Assembly: GCF_009914755.1 (NCBI RefSeq)
Contig: NC_060939.1
Length of the DNA stretch: 64,000 nucleotides
Reading direction: 5' to 3' (one strand)
Origin: the human T2T-CHM13v2.0 reference genome, Homo sapiens
The notes below the pieces were generated by a model. The model saw nothing but the letters and a program-made list of their open reading frames with translations, was not told the origin of the DNA and did not search any database. Within the stretch, counting starts at the first letter, position 1. Every line of letters starts with the position of its first letter. Below, piece after piece: positions 63,212-64,000 of the stretch. The translations under genes were made by a program, and so were the position numbers.

Positions 63212-64000
63212 TCAGCTTAAATAATACCGTCTCTGAGAAGCCTTTATATCTTCCTATTCTTTCAGAAAGAGTTGAAAATTCCTCAACTCTTAAAACATTT
63301 GTGCCTCTATTATTATGTATCAGGCACTGAACTGAGTGCCTAGGAGACAAAGATGAAACTGTAGACCCTGCCCTCATGGAGTTCATGGTCTAGTATGGAA
63401 AACAGCCATATGAACAAATAACCATACTGTAGGTCTTCAGAGCTCAAACCCTATCCTAAATACTGCTAAATTAATATTCTGTGAGGTTTTGAAATTACTA
63501 GGGCCAGAGACAATATCGCTGTTTGGATGACTTTCCATCCAAGTTAACATTCGGCCCTCATCATCAAAGGTGGTATGTGTGTACCTCTTCCTTGCAACCC
63601 ACCAGGGCCTAACACATCATATACCCACTTTTGAAATTAGGAAACAGCCTCAGAAGTCCAAGAGCTTGACCAAAGTAACTCAGCTGGTAGGTAGCAGAAC
63701 CAGGTCGGTATGATTCTTCTTCAATATCCTCCAAGTTATATGGGCAAGTGGCCTCAAAATCAACAAAAGACAAGTAGAGGTTGACATGCATTAATGGAGA
63801 GAGGCTCAAAAGGAAGAGTTTATACACAAGAATAGAACAGAAATGTTCCAGAAGTATGTCTGGGGATGTGAAGTAGGAGGGGGCACACCAGGTTTCACCT
63901 TGGTCAAGTGAATCTATAATTCCAACCTGGGCCTCACCCCTGAGCTCCAGACTTAGCTATCTGTTTTTCTCACTCTAATATAAAATCCATAGGGCAGGAC

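Overview
Human (great-ape-type) genomic DNA: a mosaic of chromosome-15 low-copy-repeat (LCR15/GOLGA core) duplicons. The gene content fits 15q24-q25, probably 15q25.2; the exact paralogs cannot be fixed without alignment. Left to right: an ERV1-type solo LTR; an exon-less piece of UBE2Q2 intron 1 (+); the 3' exons of a GOLGA2/GOLGA8-type pseudogene with its intronic 7SL fragment (+); a DNM1 pseudogene (GED, PRD and 37-nt xb exons, -); an unprocessed CSPG4 pseudogene (exons 2-8, -); a UBE2Q2 pseudogene with CpG-island promoter and three exons (-); a second DNM1 3' fragment (+); a nine-exon GOLGA6L-family gene (-) with a heptad VNTR and a premature TAG in exon 6; then repeat-rich upstream DNA. 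Four segments occur twice in inverted orientation. I see no evidence of a wholly new biological system. The best leads are a possible chimeric UBE2Q2P-CSPG4P-DNM1P transcription unit, an intact two-exon 94-aa UBE2Q2-derived ORF, and visible rearrangement scars in GOLGA6L (retro-inserted 3' UTR with target-site duplication, fused exon, templated insertion, nonsense codon). Identities, repeat subfamilies and parent-gene comparisons are by eye or from recall, not computed.
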